Position numbers and translations under genes: made by a program. A stretch of 64,000 bases of DNA from Octopus vulgaris (taxonomy: Eukaryota), in contig OX597814.1 of NCBI GenBank assembly GCA_951406725.2, forward strand, positions 155,434,001 to 155,498,000. Reading direction: 5' to 3'. The notes under the pieces were generated by a model. The model was not told the DNA's origin. It made no database searches and saw only the letters and a program-made list of their open reading frames with translations. This document shows, in pieces, positions 37,602 through 50,537 of this stretch; position 1 is the stretch's first letter; each line of letters starts with the position of its first letter.

Positions 37602-39074
37602 TACACTTGGATCTACATAATTTCAAAATATGAAAGGGGGTTCCCTTTCATATTGATATATGGGCGAAACTTTCCAGTGTTTGTTTTTAAGCACCAACAC
37701 ATTCGGAAGTATCTTATCCAAAATACATTTCTCGGATTATTTGCATATTTTCCCCAATCCAGGATATATATTTAATTTTCTTGATATTGAATCAACTTAA
37801 AATTAAATCTTCTTTCCTGTTATTCTAATTAAATGCTCACATTTTTATTTCTCTGAACAGGGATAAATGTTTTACATTTCGTCAATTCTATATACAAAAT
37901 ATTCTGGTAATTTTGATAGATTTCGGTGAGGTTCTACTTACTCTATTCGGGTAGAACATGGTTTCCATAGATACTGCCATGAATAAAGAGTTTGAAAGGT
38001 TATTTCATCTTTTCTTTCTTAGGTGTACTTCTGTGTAAAAGATCCCTTGAAAATTCTGCTTTTGTTTCGTTAATATTTCCTGTAGATCTCTGTTTATCCA
38101 TATCGTGGGGATGTACTTCCGTCCATCGATATTTATTGATTTTGTTGCATTGAGTTTAGCTATTATATATTGTTTCTTTCGCTTAGGCTTCCTTTACCCT
38201 TGACACTGCTTATTCAGGTTGAAAGTTGTGTATAGGAATGCTGTTTACTATCTGTGTTTGAGAGTATACATGTGGTTGAGTATTTACACACTTATTTCAA
38301 TAGAGTCTTGTGCAGTTTTCATCTTTTCGATATTCGTTACTTCTCTGCCGTTTCTTTTATAATAACTTCTCTTGTTATGGTTATGGTAGTTTCTGTTGTG
38401 TTATTTTAAATGTGTTGTGAGGGCTCGCATGTTTTGTGTATTTTGGAGCTTGCTCCACTACTTCCGTTGCTTTATAAAACCTTATCTCTTTGCGTGTGGT
38501 TGGTTCTTTTGCTTAATTTCAATGTCTGTTGTTTGTGTGAGCTGTGAGTTTTTCTTTTACTATTTCTGATATCTCTTCATTGTTTATTACAAATAGCTGT
38601 ACACTGGGTAATATGCATTAGTTTAGTATTGTCTTGTATCTTGGTTTTACGTTCACCTTTATGGTGCTAGCGTGTAGTGGTACGGTATAAATGTGTAATA
38701 TGCATGTGAAATTTATAAGTATTATTTATCGTTCCCTTGTTTCTTCTGTTTTATTTTGATGGACGTTTTCAATAGAAAGTTAGTTATTCTTGTTAGAGAT
38801 AACCGTTTGAAAAATTCCCGCTCCTGAAACTCTTGCTGCATGCGCTTCTTAATGTGATTGCATTTAATACATTAAACTTATGTAGAATTCCTCATAAATC
38901 CTGAACCATAGGATATTGTTTTTATTGATGTCTGTATAACTGACCGTGTTTGAAACTGTTTTGCATAAAGTTAGTTTCGTCTTAAATTCTCTCTATTTGT
39001 TCTCATTGAGTGTTGTTGTTCCGTTTTTCTATCTTATGACCACATGCTGCTATTTGTTATTATAAACAATATAT

Positions 39075-39295
39075 AGGAGGCGAGTTGACAAAATCATTAT
39101 AGCGTCTGAAAAATGCTTTATGATATTTGTCCCGACTCTTTACATACTGAGTTCAATTTTCAGAGAGGTTAACGTTACCTTTCATCCTTTCAGTGTCTAT
39201 AAAATAAAGAACCAGTCAGGTACTGTAGTCGATGGAGTTAACCAGCCCCCTCCCTCAAAATTGTTGGTTTTGTGCCTTAATTTCGAAGCCGTTAT
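39075..39295 (+). mobile_element. SINE family A copy
   Basis: ggaggcgagttgacaaaatc..ctgagttcaatt..cctttcatcctttc..; further copies at about 49200-49480 (+) and 62290-62470 (-). Confidence 0.65.
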
Positions 39296-39399
39296 AAACA
39301 ATATTTGTGCAAAATCAATACAGTAAAAACATAAAACATGCATTAGTGTACCTTGTGCGTTCGATTAAAAGATTTGTGTACAACGTTTATTTTTAATCT

Positions 39400-39815
39400 T
39401 TTATGTTTTACTTGTTCCAGTCATTGAACTGTGGCCATGCTCAAATTTGGTCGAAAAAATTGACCGCAGTACTAATCTTTTAAGACAGATATTTATTCTA
39501 GCGATCTGTTTCGCCAAATCGTTAGGTTACAGAGATGTAAAGAAACCAACGCCAGTTGTCAAGGGGTGTTGAGTAACAAATATAAAATAAAGCATACGCA
39601 CATATACATATTTGCACATTCTTTCTCTATCTCTCTCGCAAATACACACACACGCGCACACACAACCACAAATATACATACACACATATATAAGACGGGT
39701 CCCCAAACAGTTTCTATTTACCAAAATCACTTACATGGCATTGGCCGGTCTGGGGATATTGTAGAAGATACGTGTCTAAGGTACCACACAGTGTGCCTGG
39801 ACTTGAAAACACTTT
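39400..39815 (-). mobile_element. SINE family B with both halves joined by a CA/TA-rich linker
   Basis: 3' half at 39400-39570, microsatellite linker, 5' half at about 39690-39815; shows the undisrupted architecture. Confidence 0.6.
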
Positions 39816-39949
39816 CGCAGAAAAGAAAGTCTCAGAGTTTCTTAAAGTATACCTATAATGTTAATATTTACTCTTGGATTATGTCTATTTTACTTTTTCT
39901 GGGGAGAAGGTGATGCATTTCCTTTTATTTGAGCAGCTCGTTCCAGGAA

Positions 39950-41700
39950 TCTCTTTGATTTTCAGACATTCCTCAGCTCCTACTGTTATCTTTCATTCTA
40001 TAGATTCAATGTTGCCTTTCAACTTGTAGTTCTATATCCAAAGCTGAATGGAAACAGTGTAGCAATTATTATCCTCATTATTATATTTCAGGATTCTTAT
40101 CTATAGGTCATGTTTTTATTACATTTCCAAGACATATCCAGTCATGCTGGTCCTTAACAACCATATCATCTTGATATCAGTATCTTTGTGGGTTGATATA
40201 TCGCAATGTATGGTCATTTCTCATTGTCTGATACTTTTTCTGCTGTATATACATACGAACTTATCTTGGTCGATATTTTATAATACCAGTATAACAAGTC
40301 ATTGGTAAAAATATACTCAAATACCAGATACAGGTAGTGTAGAACATGGGTAATGAGGAATTGGAGTTCTTTCCCGGACGTCGTTGAAAACATTATATAG
40401 AGGTTCCTATGGAGTTTTGCATAGAGTTAATGAAGATATACTAAGGTGGTAATGTTGCTTGGTGTTATATCTCCTTGTTATTGAAGTACAGACATAATCG
40501 TTGGAATACTAAGACGCACTAAAATTTATTTATTACGGCAGCTGAAATTGTTCTTTACTATTTTATTTTCTGTTCATGACTCACATGCCATCAAGTCTAC
40601 ATTGAAACGTTGTTCAGTATCAGCTTTTATATGAAAAGCAGTGGGATAGTATATTTGTGTATGTTGGCTTTTGCCGACATTATATCGCAATGCATGCGGA
40701 TAACACCTAAAACTCTGATATTTCCCTGTCTAGCAAACACCTTGGCCTCTTCTTCAATATATTTAAGAGGTAGATAAAGCTGAAGAATGAAGTTCTGCTT
40801 TCGTATATATTTCATGAAACGTGATTAAGAGTATATGAGTAGGTAGACATTCAAGTTTTAATTACAAATTTCCAGTAGTGAAATATTTGGCAATCTAGTG
40901 AAGGAAGTCGGGTTCTCTACTTGTGTTGTCATGTACTCTTTGTGGCTATGTTGTCTGAGATAATATTAAATTTTGTGCTTATATTTATATCGTAATTAAG
41001 CAAGTGAAATTTTATTATTCAGGTTTATCATTGCACCATTAAATGTACTTTACATTCAAGCAGTGTGTATGTAGGTAATTGATTTTGGATGATTTGAAAG
41101 ATTTGTATGTTAAATCTAATTTTATGTATATTAGGATTACGTTTTTTTTGTTTGTTACTTGGTATTGCACTAGTTAACTGTGTACGCTTTCATAAAATTG
41201 GAAGGTGTCTCTGTAAATATGTGCTGCAGGGTTTGTTTTATTGATCTGAAAGTGTCTTGTGTAGTATTTCAGCAATAATTTGTAGTACTATCGTTTGAAT
41301 ATGTCAATATGGTGTTTTCATTTCGTTCATGTTATATCTTATACAATCGGTGCACCATTGAATATCTTAATCAATTTTGCTCCCGTAGGCTATATTTAGA
41401 TTATTTTAAGACACTTGTCCTTTGCCAGTTCTTTGATAATCGTAGAAACAATATTTTGTTTAAAAGTGATCAAGGTCCCCTACAGAGAAGGTATAAATGA
41501 GTTTGATACTCTTAGAGTATCAATTTGTTTTAGTTGTCAACAGAGGCAGAAACCTCAATATTATCTTAGTCATGGAATCCCAATTTACTAGATTTTGTAT
41601 TTGCCAAATCTGGAAGAATAAAAATCTGCAATGTATGTATTTTGTCATCCTCTTTTATGATTCAGCCGATTCATTGTCTTTAATAATCATTACTACTAGG
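39950..41700 (-). mobile_element. highly decayed non-LTR retrotransposon, possibly R4-type
   Basis: Only weak remnants (LYLP..GRG-like at about 40745-40780) and strand-biased composition similar to 33290-36370. Confidence 0.3.
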
Positions 41701-42084
41701 TACGTCAGAGTAGTAAAAAAGACGACAATTTAATTACTGAGAATGTATATATGTATGTATATAGTTTTTCTTTTATTTGTTACTTGTTTAAGTAGTTAGA
41801 CTGCGGTCCTGCTGGGCTACTGCCTTGAAAACTTTTTAGTCGAATGAATCGACCTCAAGTATTTATATTTTTGAAGAATGCTACTTATTCTACCGGTTCC
41901 TTTTGCTTAATCGCTTGGTTACTGGGACGTAAACACATTAACATCGGTTGACAAGTAGTGGTGGGGGACAAACACAGACACAAAAGTACATACACATACG
42001 CACCCCCTCCCATACACAAACACACACATACACGCACATACATGACGTGATTCTTTCGGTTTCTAATCATAAGGCTAGATCATT

Positions 42085-45000
42085 TATCTGCGATGGTTTC
42101 AGCCAGAGGTTGAAACCACTCTGAAGGAACGCTTTCCAGTGTGTTTATACTTCTTTTCTGTAATGTTTTCAGTGAAGTAACGAGTTGGACTGAGATTCAT
42201 TTAATTGCGCCTCTTTCCGCGATGTGGGTTCATCTGGTGTCTCAGATAAAGTTTTGTTCAGAAGTACTTTAAAAGCGTCCACATGTACACCACGCAAATC
42301 TCCGAGTTGTTTGACAAAATATTGGACAGTTGTGAACCCTTGGAACACAAGGTGTTACAATCTTTATTCTAGATGGAGAAGACGGGATCTTTGGTACTAT
42401 GCAATGCCGTTCAATTCGGTGGGAGCTAGGCCTTCCAAATCTTCCATATGTATACCACTCCATATGTATATCACTGCATTTCTTTCACGATGAAGTAACG
42501 AGTCGGACTGAGCTTCATTTAATTGTGCCTCTTTCTGCGATGTGGGTTCATCTGGTGTCTCAGATAACATTTTGTTCAGACGTATTTTAAAAGTCTCCAC
42601 ATGTACACCTCATAAATCTCCGAGGTTGTCTGACAGAATGTTGAGCAGTTGTGGACCCTTGGAACACAAGCTGTTACAGTCCTTATTCTAGATGGGGTTT
42701 GGTATTATCCAATGCCGTTCAGTTCGGTGGGAGCTAGACCTTCTAAATCTTCCGTATGTATCATTGCAAATCTTTCACGCCTTCCCTCTAGGTACTAGAT
42801 CTTTAATTCCTTTAGTCTCTCCCAGTAGCTTGTCCATTTCACCAAGTCAATCTTCTTTGTGTAGTGGCACTGCATTACCCCAAGTTCCGTCCCCAGTTTG
42901 ACACTTTGCGGTGACCACAGTTGGGAGCAGTAATCCAGACGACTGAGAGGGAGAGGAGGGTTCTCTATAGCAGTAGTATAGTATCCTTTTTTCTTGTTCT
43001 GAGAAATCTCGGAATCAATCCATCTTCTCACCTGCACAATGCTACCTTGGTCCTGTGTAGTGCGATTGTATTTTATTTGTGGGCTGAGAGTGGAATCATT
43101 AAAACTACTCAGCATTGAATTGCATATTATTTTCATCAACCAATTTTTGTATTGCATTCAAGTCCTTGACCACGGCCCTCGTCCGCCTGCATTAGCTTAG
43201 CTAGTGAGAGTGACTGGCTGTATGGCTGAGGGAATGTCTGAGAGAGACACAACAAATAATAGCGGTCCCTGCACAGTTCATTGAGAGACTCTACTGAGAG
43301 AGCACTATTGACTGCAACTGTCTGAATTTTGACTTTTAAAATGTCACAACCGCTCTCTGAGGTTTCCAGCGATACCAGTCTCACGCAGTTTGTGACATAT
43401 GATCAATTTTGTCAAAAGCATTGGCAAAGTCGAGATATATCACATGCACATCTAAGCGGTTGGACTGCTGTTTCAGTAACCAGTCATAATGCTGTAAGTA
43501 TTGTATGAAGCAGCTTCACTCTGGAGTGAAGCAATATTGTGTATTTGAGCGAGTTATTATCTTCCAGAACGTCATTAGTTTGTTTCTGAAATTGCGTTCC
43601 TTCAATGACCTTGCTATCGTGTGAATCAGAGACAAAGACTTGTAATTTTTAGCATCTACTCTGTTTCCAATTTATGAACAGGGCATATTATACCTTCTTT
43701 TAACAATTTCAGAAGGTAACTCTGAAAAATTATCTGTAGTGGTTTTGCGAGAGCTTTCTTGTATATCTTTAAAAGAACAGCTGGAAATTTATCCGGGCCA
43801 CTTGTTGAGTTCGAATTCATCTCATTAATTGCCGATAGTCCATCTTCCTCCTCTACGCCGATGTAATCGATTGTTGCCACTTTCCTATGTAGATCTGCAG
43901 TGTTGAAAAGCTCATCATTCTTGCTTATTTACATGTTTTTAAGTGGAGACGTAAAGACACGTTGAATTATTTTTTAACACATCAGCTATCCTCCTGGGGT
44001 CTGTAGTTAGTCGTCTTCTTCAAACGGTAGCCATATCTTCTCGTGCACAAAGGTAGAGGTTTTCGAAAACTTGTAGAAGCTTTAAGATTCATTTTATATT
44101 TTCTATCGCTTAGGTTACTCTTTCTACCCTTTCCTTTTCACGGATCTTTAAAATTGCTTCTTTGAGGTGGGATTCCTCACTACCTTTGAGTTGTTTATTT
44201 AAGAGATGGAAAGTCTTTATTTTTATAAAGTGTCTCCTGTCGCGGGGTATAATGTTTTTGTTCTGTTGTGGCTCTCTTCTCTGCGACAAAATTAAAGCAT
44301 ATGATTCGCATTATTGACATGAATTCTTAAGTTTCATATCAGAGTCTTATATAGAGAGTCTTTTAAGCCAAATCTCGGGAGTATCTGCTTTTCAATTGAC
44401 TTCCAGTTAGCTTTGTTGATTAATTAGTTTTGGACCATATATTGGCAGTTCTATCATGTTGCAGTTTGAGAAGTTTGTCGGGGATATCTTCATATTGTTG
44501 GTGAAGCAGAAGTCTAATATGTTATTGTTCTGGTTGGGGAGATTATTCCATGAACAGCATTCTCGTGAGATCAAGTAAAGATTCTGGTCGATTGGGTTCT
44601 TTGTGTGTCATTCCTGAGATTATGCCACCTTCTGGCCATCTGATATTGGGAAAGTCAAGTCCATTAACACATTCATCTAGCTTTGATAGTTCTTCTTTTA
44701 GCAATGTAAAGCTTTCGTAAAATTTACAACCGTGATTTGAAGTATTGGGTATGCGATATAATTAATGTGCATACTACCACATCAAGATGCTTTAAATGAA
44801 TCATGAGTGTTTTAAAGACCGAGTATGAATGTGATAACCGAGATAGTGTAGTGACATCTTTATGGATCTACAATGCAACTCCACTATGACTTCCTTCTTT
44901 TCAGTCTGCACACAATACAGCATATATTGCTATTTGTATCTTTGCATCATTTGTCTGCAGAGGGATATATCACCGTAAGTGCAATGCATATTGCATGACT

Positions 45001-45240
45001 GCATGCAGAAAGATCCCTCAGGTACGCAATTTTGTGATTTGCTGTTGTTTTGATATTAATCGGAAGAATTGTTGTCATGGTCGGTTTTGCGACAATGGTG
45101 GCCATCCTAGGTCTATCAATTGTGGCAACCTTATGTGTGAGTGTGCACGATGTAGTTTTCTTTGCAACCATGCCATCTCTTGCATTCTTTTGTGCCACAC
45201 TTAAAAAATAATTATGCTGTTCTATATTTGTAGGTCTCAC
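42085..45240 (-). mobile_element. decayed CR1/L2-type LINE with duplicated 3' end
   Basis: Minus remnants SGPDKFPAVLLK..LAKPLQIIFQS..IICPVHK, AFDKIDH, GPLLF, RLDYCSQLWSP, YWERLKELK; terminal hairpin ggtttcagcc-aga-ggttgaaacc at about 42095-42117. Confidence 0.85.
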
Positions 45241-45307
45241 TCCAACTGCATACAGACTTTTAGTGTCCTGCTAGTTTGCATTGGGATGAGAGCCTCTTTA
45301 GGCTGTG

Positions 45308-45443
45308 TGGAGGCGCATGAGTGGCTGTGTGGTTCCGGGTTCAATCCCACTGCGTGGCATCTGGAGCAAGTGTCTTGTTCTATAGCCTCGGGCCCACCAA
45401 AGCCTTGTGAACGGATTTGGTAAACGGAAATTGAAAGAAGCCA

Positions 45444-45445
<2 letters not shown>
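45308..45445 (+). mobile_element. SINE family B, 5' (tRNA-like) half; its 3' half is displaced to 47190-47310
   Basis: ggcgcatgagtggctgtgtgg..ggttcaatcccactgcgtggca..gcaagtgtc..ggatttggtaaacggaaa..gaaagaagcc; other copies at about 21880-22030, 52420-52560 (-) and 54670-54800. Confidence 0.75.
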
Positions 45446-45502
<57 letters not shown>

Positions 45503-45607
45503 AAAAAAGGAGATGTCGAACACGAGTGGTGATATATAAAAAAGGAAATGAAGAAAATGCTGACAAATAATTGAAGTAATTTAAGTAATTTAATTAGGTG
45601 AAAGTTC

Positions 45608-45650
45608 TTTTTACCGGTTGCGCATTTGTTATGCTTATCAAAATATAAAA
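45608..45650 (-). ncRNA. degenerate hammerhead motif in a small insert within (TA)n (45499-45652)
   Basis: Minus strand: TTGATAA-GCAT-aacaa-ATGC-GCAAC-CG-GTA versus consensus CTGATGA..GAAAC-CG-GTA. Confidence 0.4.
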
Positions 45651-45865
45651 GATATATATATATATATATATACTACAAAATTAGAGAATGGAGAAACATA
45701 CTTAAATCAGTAAAACATCAACTATCCGATGATACTCAATCCATACTTTAATACACGATTACATATGAGTAAAGGCAATATATAAAATGAAATGAGATAT
45801 ACAGTAATAGTAAAAAGATAAAGAGATATAAGTAAAAAATTTCAAATATAATATGCAAATAAATC

Positions 45866-45981
45866 AAAACTGACAGCTGTTTCGGCAGTGAGGACAGTCA
45901 TACCTCATTTAACCTATAAGCCATAAAGGCAGGTATAAATGAGGCATTAACAAGGATGCCCCACGGCCTCTTCAGAGAATT
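45866..45981 (-). ncRNA. hammerhead ribozyme with long stem II (GUC cleavage triplet)
   Basis: Minus strand: ct-CTGAAGA-GGC..GCC-GAAAC-AGCT-GTC-ag; intact core and palindromic ACAGCTGT stem III. Confidence 0.75.
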
Positions 45982-46334
45982 AAATTAAATTTGTTATAAT
46001 AGTGAAAAATATTATATAATCATATACATATAAATATAAAAATATAAAAATGTAAAATATAAAAACTTATACATCATAATGCTACACTTATATAATATAA
46101 TACACATTTGTAAAAAAAGGAAGGTAAACAGAACAAAATAAAACAAAATATATAACAGTGTATATATTAATATTAATAAGTACCGATATTATACATATTT
46201 GGCTAATAGTTTTTTTTTAAAAAAAAGGCTAACACATATGGAGATGAAAAATAATAATTAAATCCGTGGTACAGTTCATAAAGTTCTAAAGCTATAAAAG
46301 TTAATAAAAATTACTATTAATAATAATAATAATA

Positions 46335-46375
<41 letters not shown>

Positions 46376-46662
46376 TAATAAAAATAGATACAGTTAAGTT
46401 AGCACCAAGTCCATCCTTTCAAGATCGAAATAACTATTAGCCAAATATGTATAATATCGGTACTTATTAATATTAATATATACACTGTTATATATTTTGT
46501 TTTATTTTGTTCTGTTTACCTTCCTTTTTTGTACAAATGTGTATTATATTATATAAGTGTAGCATTATGATGTATAAGTTTTTATATTTTACATTTTTAT
46601 ATTTTTATATTTATATGTATATGATTATATAATATTTTTCACTATTATAACAAATTTAATTT

Positions 46663-46778
46663 AATTCTCTGAAGAGGCCGTGGGGCATCCTTGTTAATGC
46701 CTCATTTATACCTGCCTTTATGGCTTATAGGTTAAATGAGGTATGACTGTCCTCACTGCCGAAACAGCTGTTAGTTTT
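46663..46778 (+). ncRNA. hammerhead ribozyme with long stem II (GUU triplet)
   Basis: CTGAAGA 46669-46675; ggccgtggggca/tgtcctcactgcc and atgcctcattta/taaatgaggtat helices; GAAAC-AGCT-GTT 46761-46772. Confidence 0.72.
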
Positions 46779-47146
46779 GATTTATTTGCATATTATATTT
46801 GAAATTTTTTACTTATATCTCTTTATCTTTTTACTATTACTGTATATCTCATTTCATTTTATATATTGCCTTTACTCATATGTAATCGTGTATTAAAGTA
46901 TGGATTGAGTATCATCGGATAGTTGATGTTTTACTGATTTAAGTATGTTTCTCCATTCTCTAATTTTGTAGTATTAATTTACGGTAATATTATTACCTTT
47001 ACCCATATAATACAATAGATGAACTGATTGTTTGACAATTTTTAACATCTATGTATTAATTTTGTTGGGTACCTATCTAGCAGTATATTGGATATATATT
47101 ATCCCATGGTGGGTTGAATTTTCAACCCCTATCTCATTTTATAACC

Positions 47147-47187
<41 letters not shown>

Positions 47188-47309
47188 ATGTTTATGTCTG
47201 TGTTTGTTCTCCAAACATCGGTTGACAACCGATGGTGGTGCGTTTACATCCCCGTAGCTTAACGTAAGTACTAGGCTTACAAAGAATAAGTCATGCAGTC
47301 GATTTAATC

Positions 47310-49080
47310 TTGGCCAATTTGGCGTATAAGGGAGTTGATTCCGTTGCCCTCGTCTGCGCCTCATGTTAGGCTGTTGGTTCACCCGGTATTGTGGAGAGGA
47401 GGATGTCTAGTTCCTTTTTGAAGACATCTGATCCCACCTCATACAGATTTCTTAATTTTTGTGGCAGGGCATTGAAGAGCTGCGGCCTTTGAACCCTAGA
47501 CAATTGCAATACCCAGTGCTGAATTTAGATAGAGTGGATGATAACTTTGCTACAATACAATAGCAGCCATTTCTGGCATTTGGATAATACTCAATGCCGA
47601 AACTAGGTTCTATTCCCTCTAGAGTTTTCCATATGTAGATTATTGCATATCTCTCACGCCTTCGCTCCTGGAGTAAAGTTGCAGTTTTCTCATCCGCTGC
47701 ATCGTTTGTAGTTTTAGTGTAGTGGCGTTGGACTGCCTGAAGCTCCGCTGTTAGTTTGACACTATGTAGTTACCATAACTGGGAGAAGTAATCCGGGCGA
47801 CTGAAAACAAAGATTCTCCACAGGATCAACATAGTTTCTGGTCTCTTGTCTTGAAGGACTTCAGTATCCATCCTGCCAATTGTCTGTACTTTGTTGCCAT
47901 CTTGGCAATGTGCATATAAAATGCTGCGTCATTGCACATACTGATCCCCAAGTCTTTCACTGCATGTGACTCGAGGATTGTAGTGACTTTGGGTCCTGTA
48001 TATGCAGGCTATAGTGCATTCATGAGTTGATAATGCAGTGCTTGAAATTTTCCAGCATTGTTTATTTCGGCCCATTTACATATCAAATTCAGGTCCCGCT
48101 GTAAGCTTGCGACGTCATCTTAGTTTTTTATTGCTTGAGATAATCATGTATCATCGGCATAGTTAGTGACAGTGGCTGTCCGAGTGATCATGGGCATGTT
48201 TAAGAGGGCTGTTATGAACAGTAATGGACCCAGAACAATTCCCTGGGGGACGCCACTTGGAATTTGAGTTTCCTCAAAAAGGGCACCTTTCGCTGCAACT
48301 ACCTGTAACTACTTCTGTCTTTAAGGAGATCATGCAGCCACTCTCCCAGTTTACCAGCAACATCAAGATCTCATAGCTTATGCATATGCCATAATCTACC
48401 TTAGCAAATGCCTTCGCAAATTCAAGGTATATGACGCTGACATCTGAACGGTCACGCAGCTGTTTCAAAATCAAGTCATCGTACTGTAGGAGTTGTATCA
48501 AGCAGTTTCTTCCTGAACGGAAGCCATGCTATGTATTGTTCAGTAGATCATTTTCTTTTTGGAACATTATCAATTTCTTCCTAGTGATTCGCTCCATTAC
48601 TTTACTGAAATGTGAGGTCAGATTGATTGGCCTGTAGATTTTGGCCACTGCTCTGCTCCCACCTTTGTGAATAGGTCATATAATGCCTTCTTCCATCTTT
48701 TTAAGAAGTTTTCCATTTGTAAGGAAACTTTGGAAAAGTATCTGAAGTGGTTTTGCTAAAACTTGCTTACATGACTTCAGAAAAATAGCTAGGAAACCAT
48801 CAGGACCAGTTGCAGAGCATGAGATCATTTCATCAATGGCCGCTGTTACATATGTCTCTTGAATGGTGATGTAATCGATGGTTGGTGCGTTTTCTTTTAT
48901 ACTTTCCACAGCTCTCTTCTTTCTCTCTGATCTTTCCCTTTCAAGAGAGAGCTTGATCTTATTTTCGATTTCCACGAGTGTCCGTATTAATATAGACTTC
49001 TATCCATCCTTCAGTTTCTTATTCATTCGCTTTCAGGCATTTGACCTGCGTCTCATAAGGATTTTCTGTCCCTGGGAATT
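47310..49080 (-). mobile_element. decayed CR1/L2-type LINE related to 42085-45240
   Basis: TIDYI..ATGPDGFLAIFLKSCKQVLAKPLQILFQS, YRPINLTS, VIYLEFAKAFAKVD, GVPQGIVLGP, YADD, KDLG remnants. Confidence 0.85.
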
Positions 49081-50132
49081 CATATATATATTATATATAT
49101 ATCAAAACGGTTTGACTTAAATTCTTAAATTCCTTGGCACTTTAAGTTTCATAGTGTGATGCTAATTCTCAGCCATTGTCCACTTACTCGTATATATATA
49201 TTTAAGACATCTATAAATTATGGTTGAGTTGAGGCTGACTTTTCCTTTCATTCTTTCAGGGTGAAATTACCAGTACTAGTTGAGCATTGGGGTCGATGTA
49301 TTCGAAACTGCTACTAGCCTATACCAAAATGGGGAATCAACATTATTGCTAATTAAGGTGGTGAGTTGACAGTATTGTTAGCACGTCTGATGTTGACTTT
49401 GCGTTTCATCCTTTCGAGATCAATATATTTATTAATCCTCTCTTTCAGTGTTTGAAGCCGCGTACCAATAGTAGGAAAAAAATTATTCCAGACTGAAAGG
49501 ATATGGTCATTTAGTTTCGAGGTGAGTTCATTAAAGTATGTGACATTATATTGCCAAAAATAATGTTATGTTGTTTCCATCTCTATTTGTACCTCTTACG
49601 CTTATTCCATGAATTGCTATTCTCTACCTACTAGAATTAATAGAGTTGACTAGATGTTGCTTTGTACATCTAATTATAAAAGGTCAAACAATTGATCCTA
49701 ATTAATGCTTTTCGAGGCTGGAATAAATAAATATTTGTTCATATTTTATATGATTTCACACCATTTCAATCCAAGTTCAAAATCTAATGTATCGACTATT
49801 TTTATTTATCGACCTCCAATCGATAAAATATGACATATTAATATAAATATAATTGGGTCGATTCAATAAGATGTATGACTCAAGCAAGCAAACAAACAGG
49901 CAAACAAACAAACAAACAAACAAACAAACAAACAAACAAAAAAGAAGAACAGCAACAACAACAAAACAACAGAAAAATTGTCTGGCACTCAGCCAAGAAA
50001 TCAATAATGAAATCAATATTCTCATTTGTTTCATTTTTCTTCTTTCTTTACTGTTTATCGTTCAGCTCCCAACTATATCATGCTTCCACGAGACACGTGT
50101 CCAATAATATGTATATATTATATGCATAAATG

Positions 50133-50252
<120 letters not shown>

Positions 50253-50497
50253 CATATATATATATATATATGTATATGTGTATGTATATATATATATATA
50301 TATGCATATATACATATATATATATATATGCATATATATATACATATATATATATATGTATATATGTGTGTATACATATAAAAATACCTATTTATATGTA
50401 TATACATACGTACACACACACATATATATATATACATATATGTATGTAAATATATATGTATATATACATATACACACACAAACACACGCACTTATAC

Positions 50498-50537
<40 letters not shown>

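Larger units (their letters stand above)
45670..47147 (+). mobile_element. non-coding fold-back PLE-derived element with about 540-bp near-perfect inverted arms
   Basis: Arms 45670-46211 and 46432-46974; 220-bp spacer containing (AAT)n; about 170-bp 3' extension; (TA)n on both sides. Confidence 0.9.
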
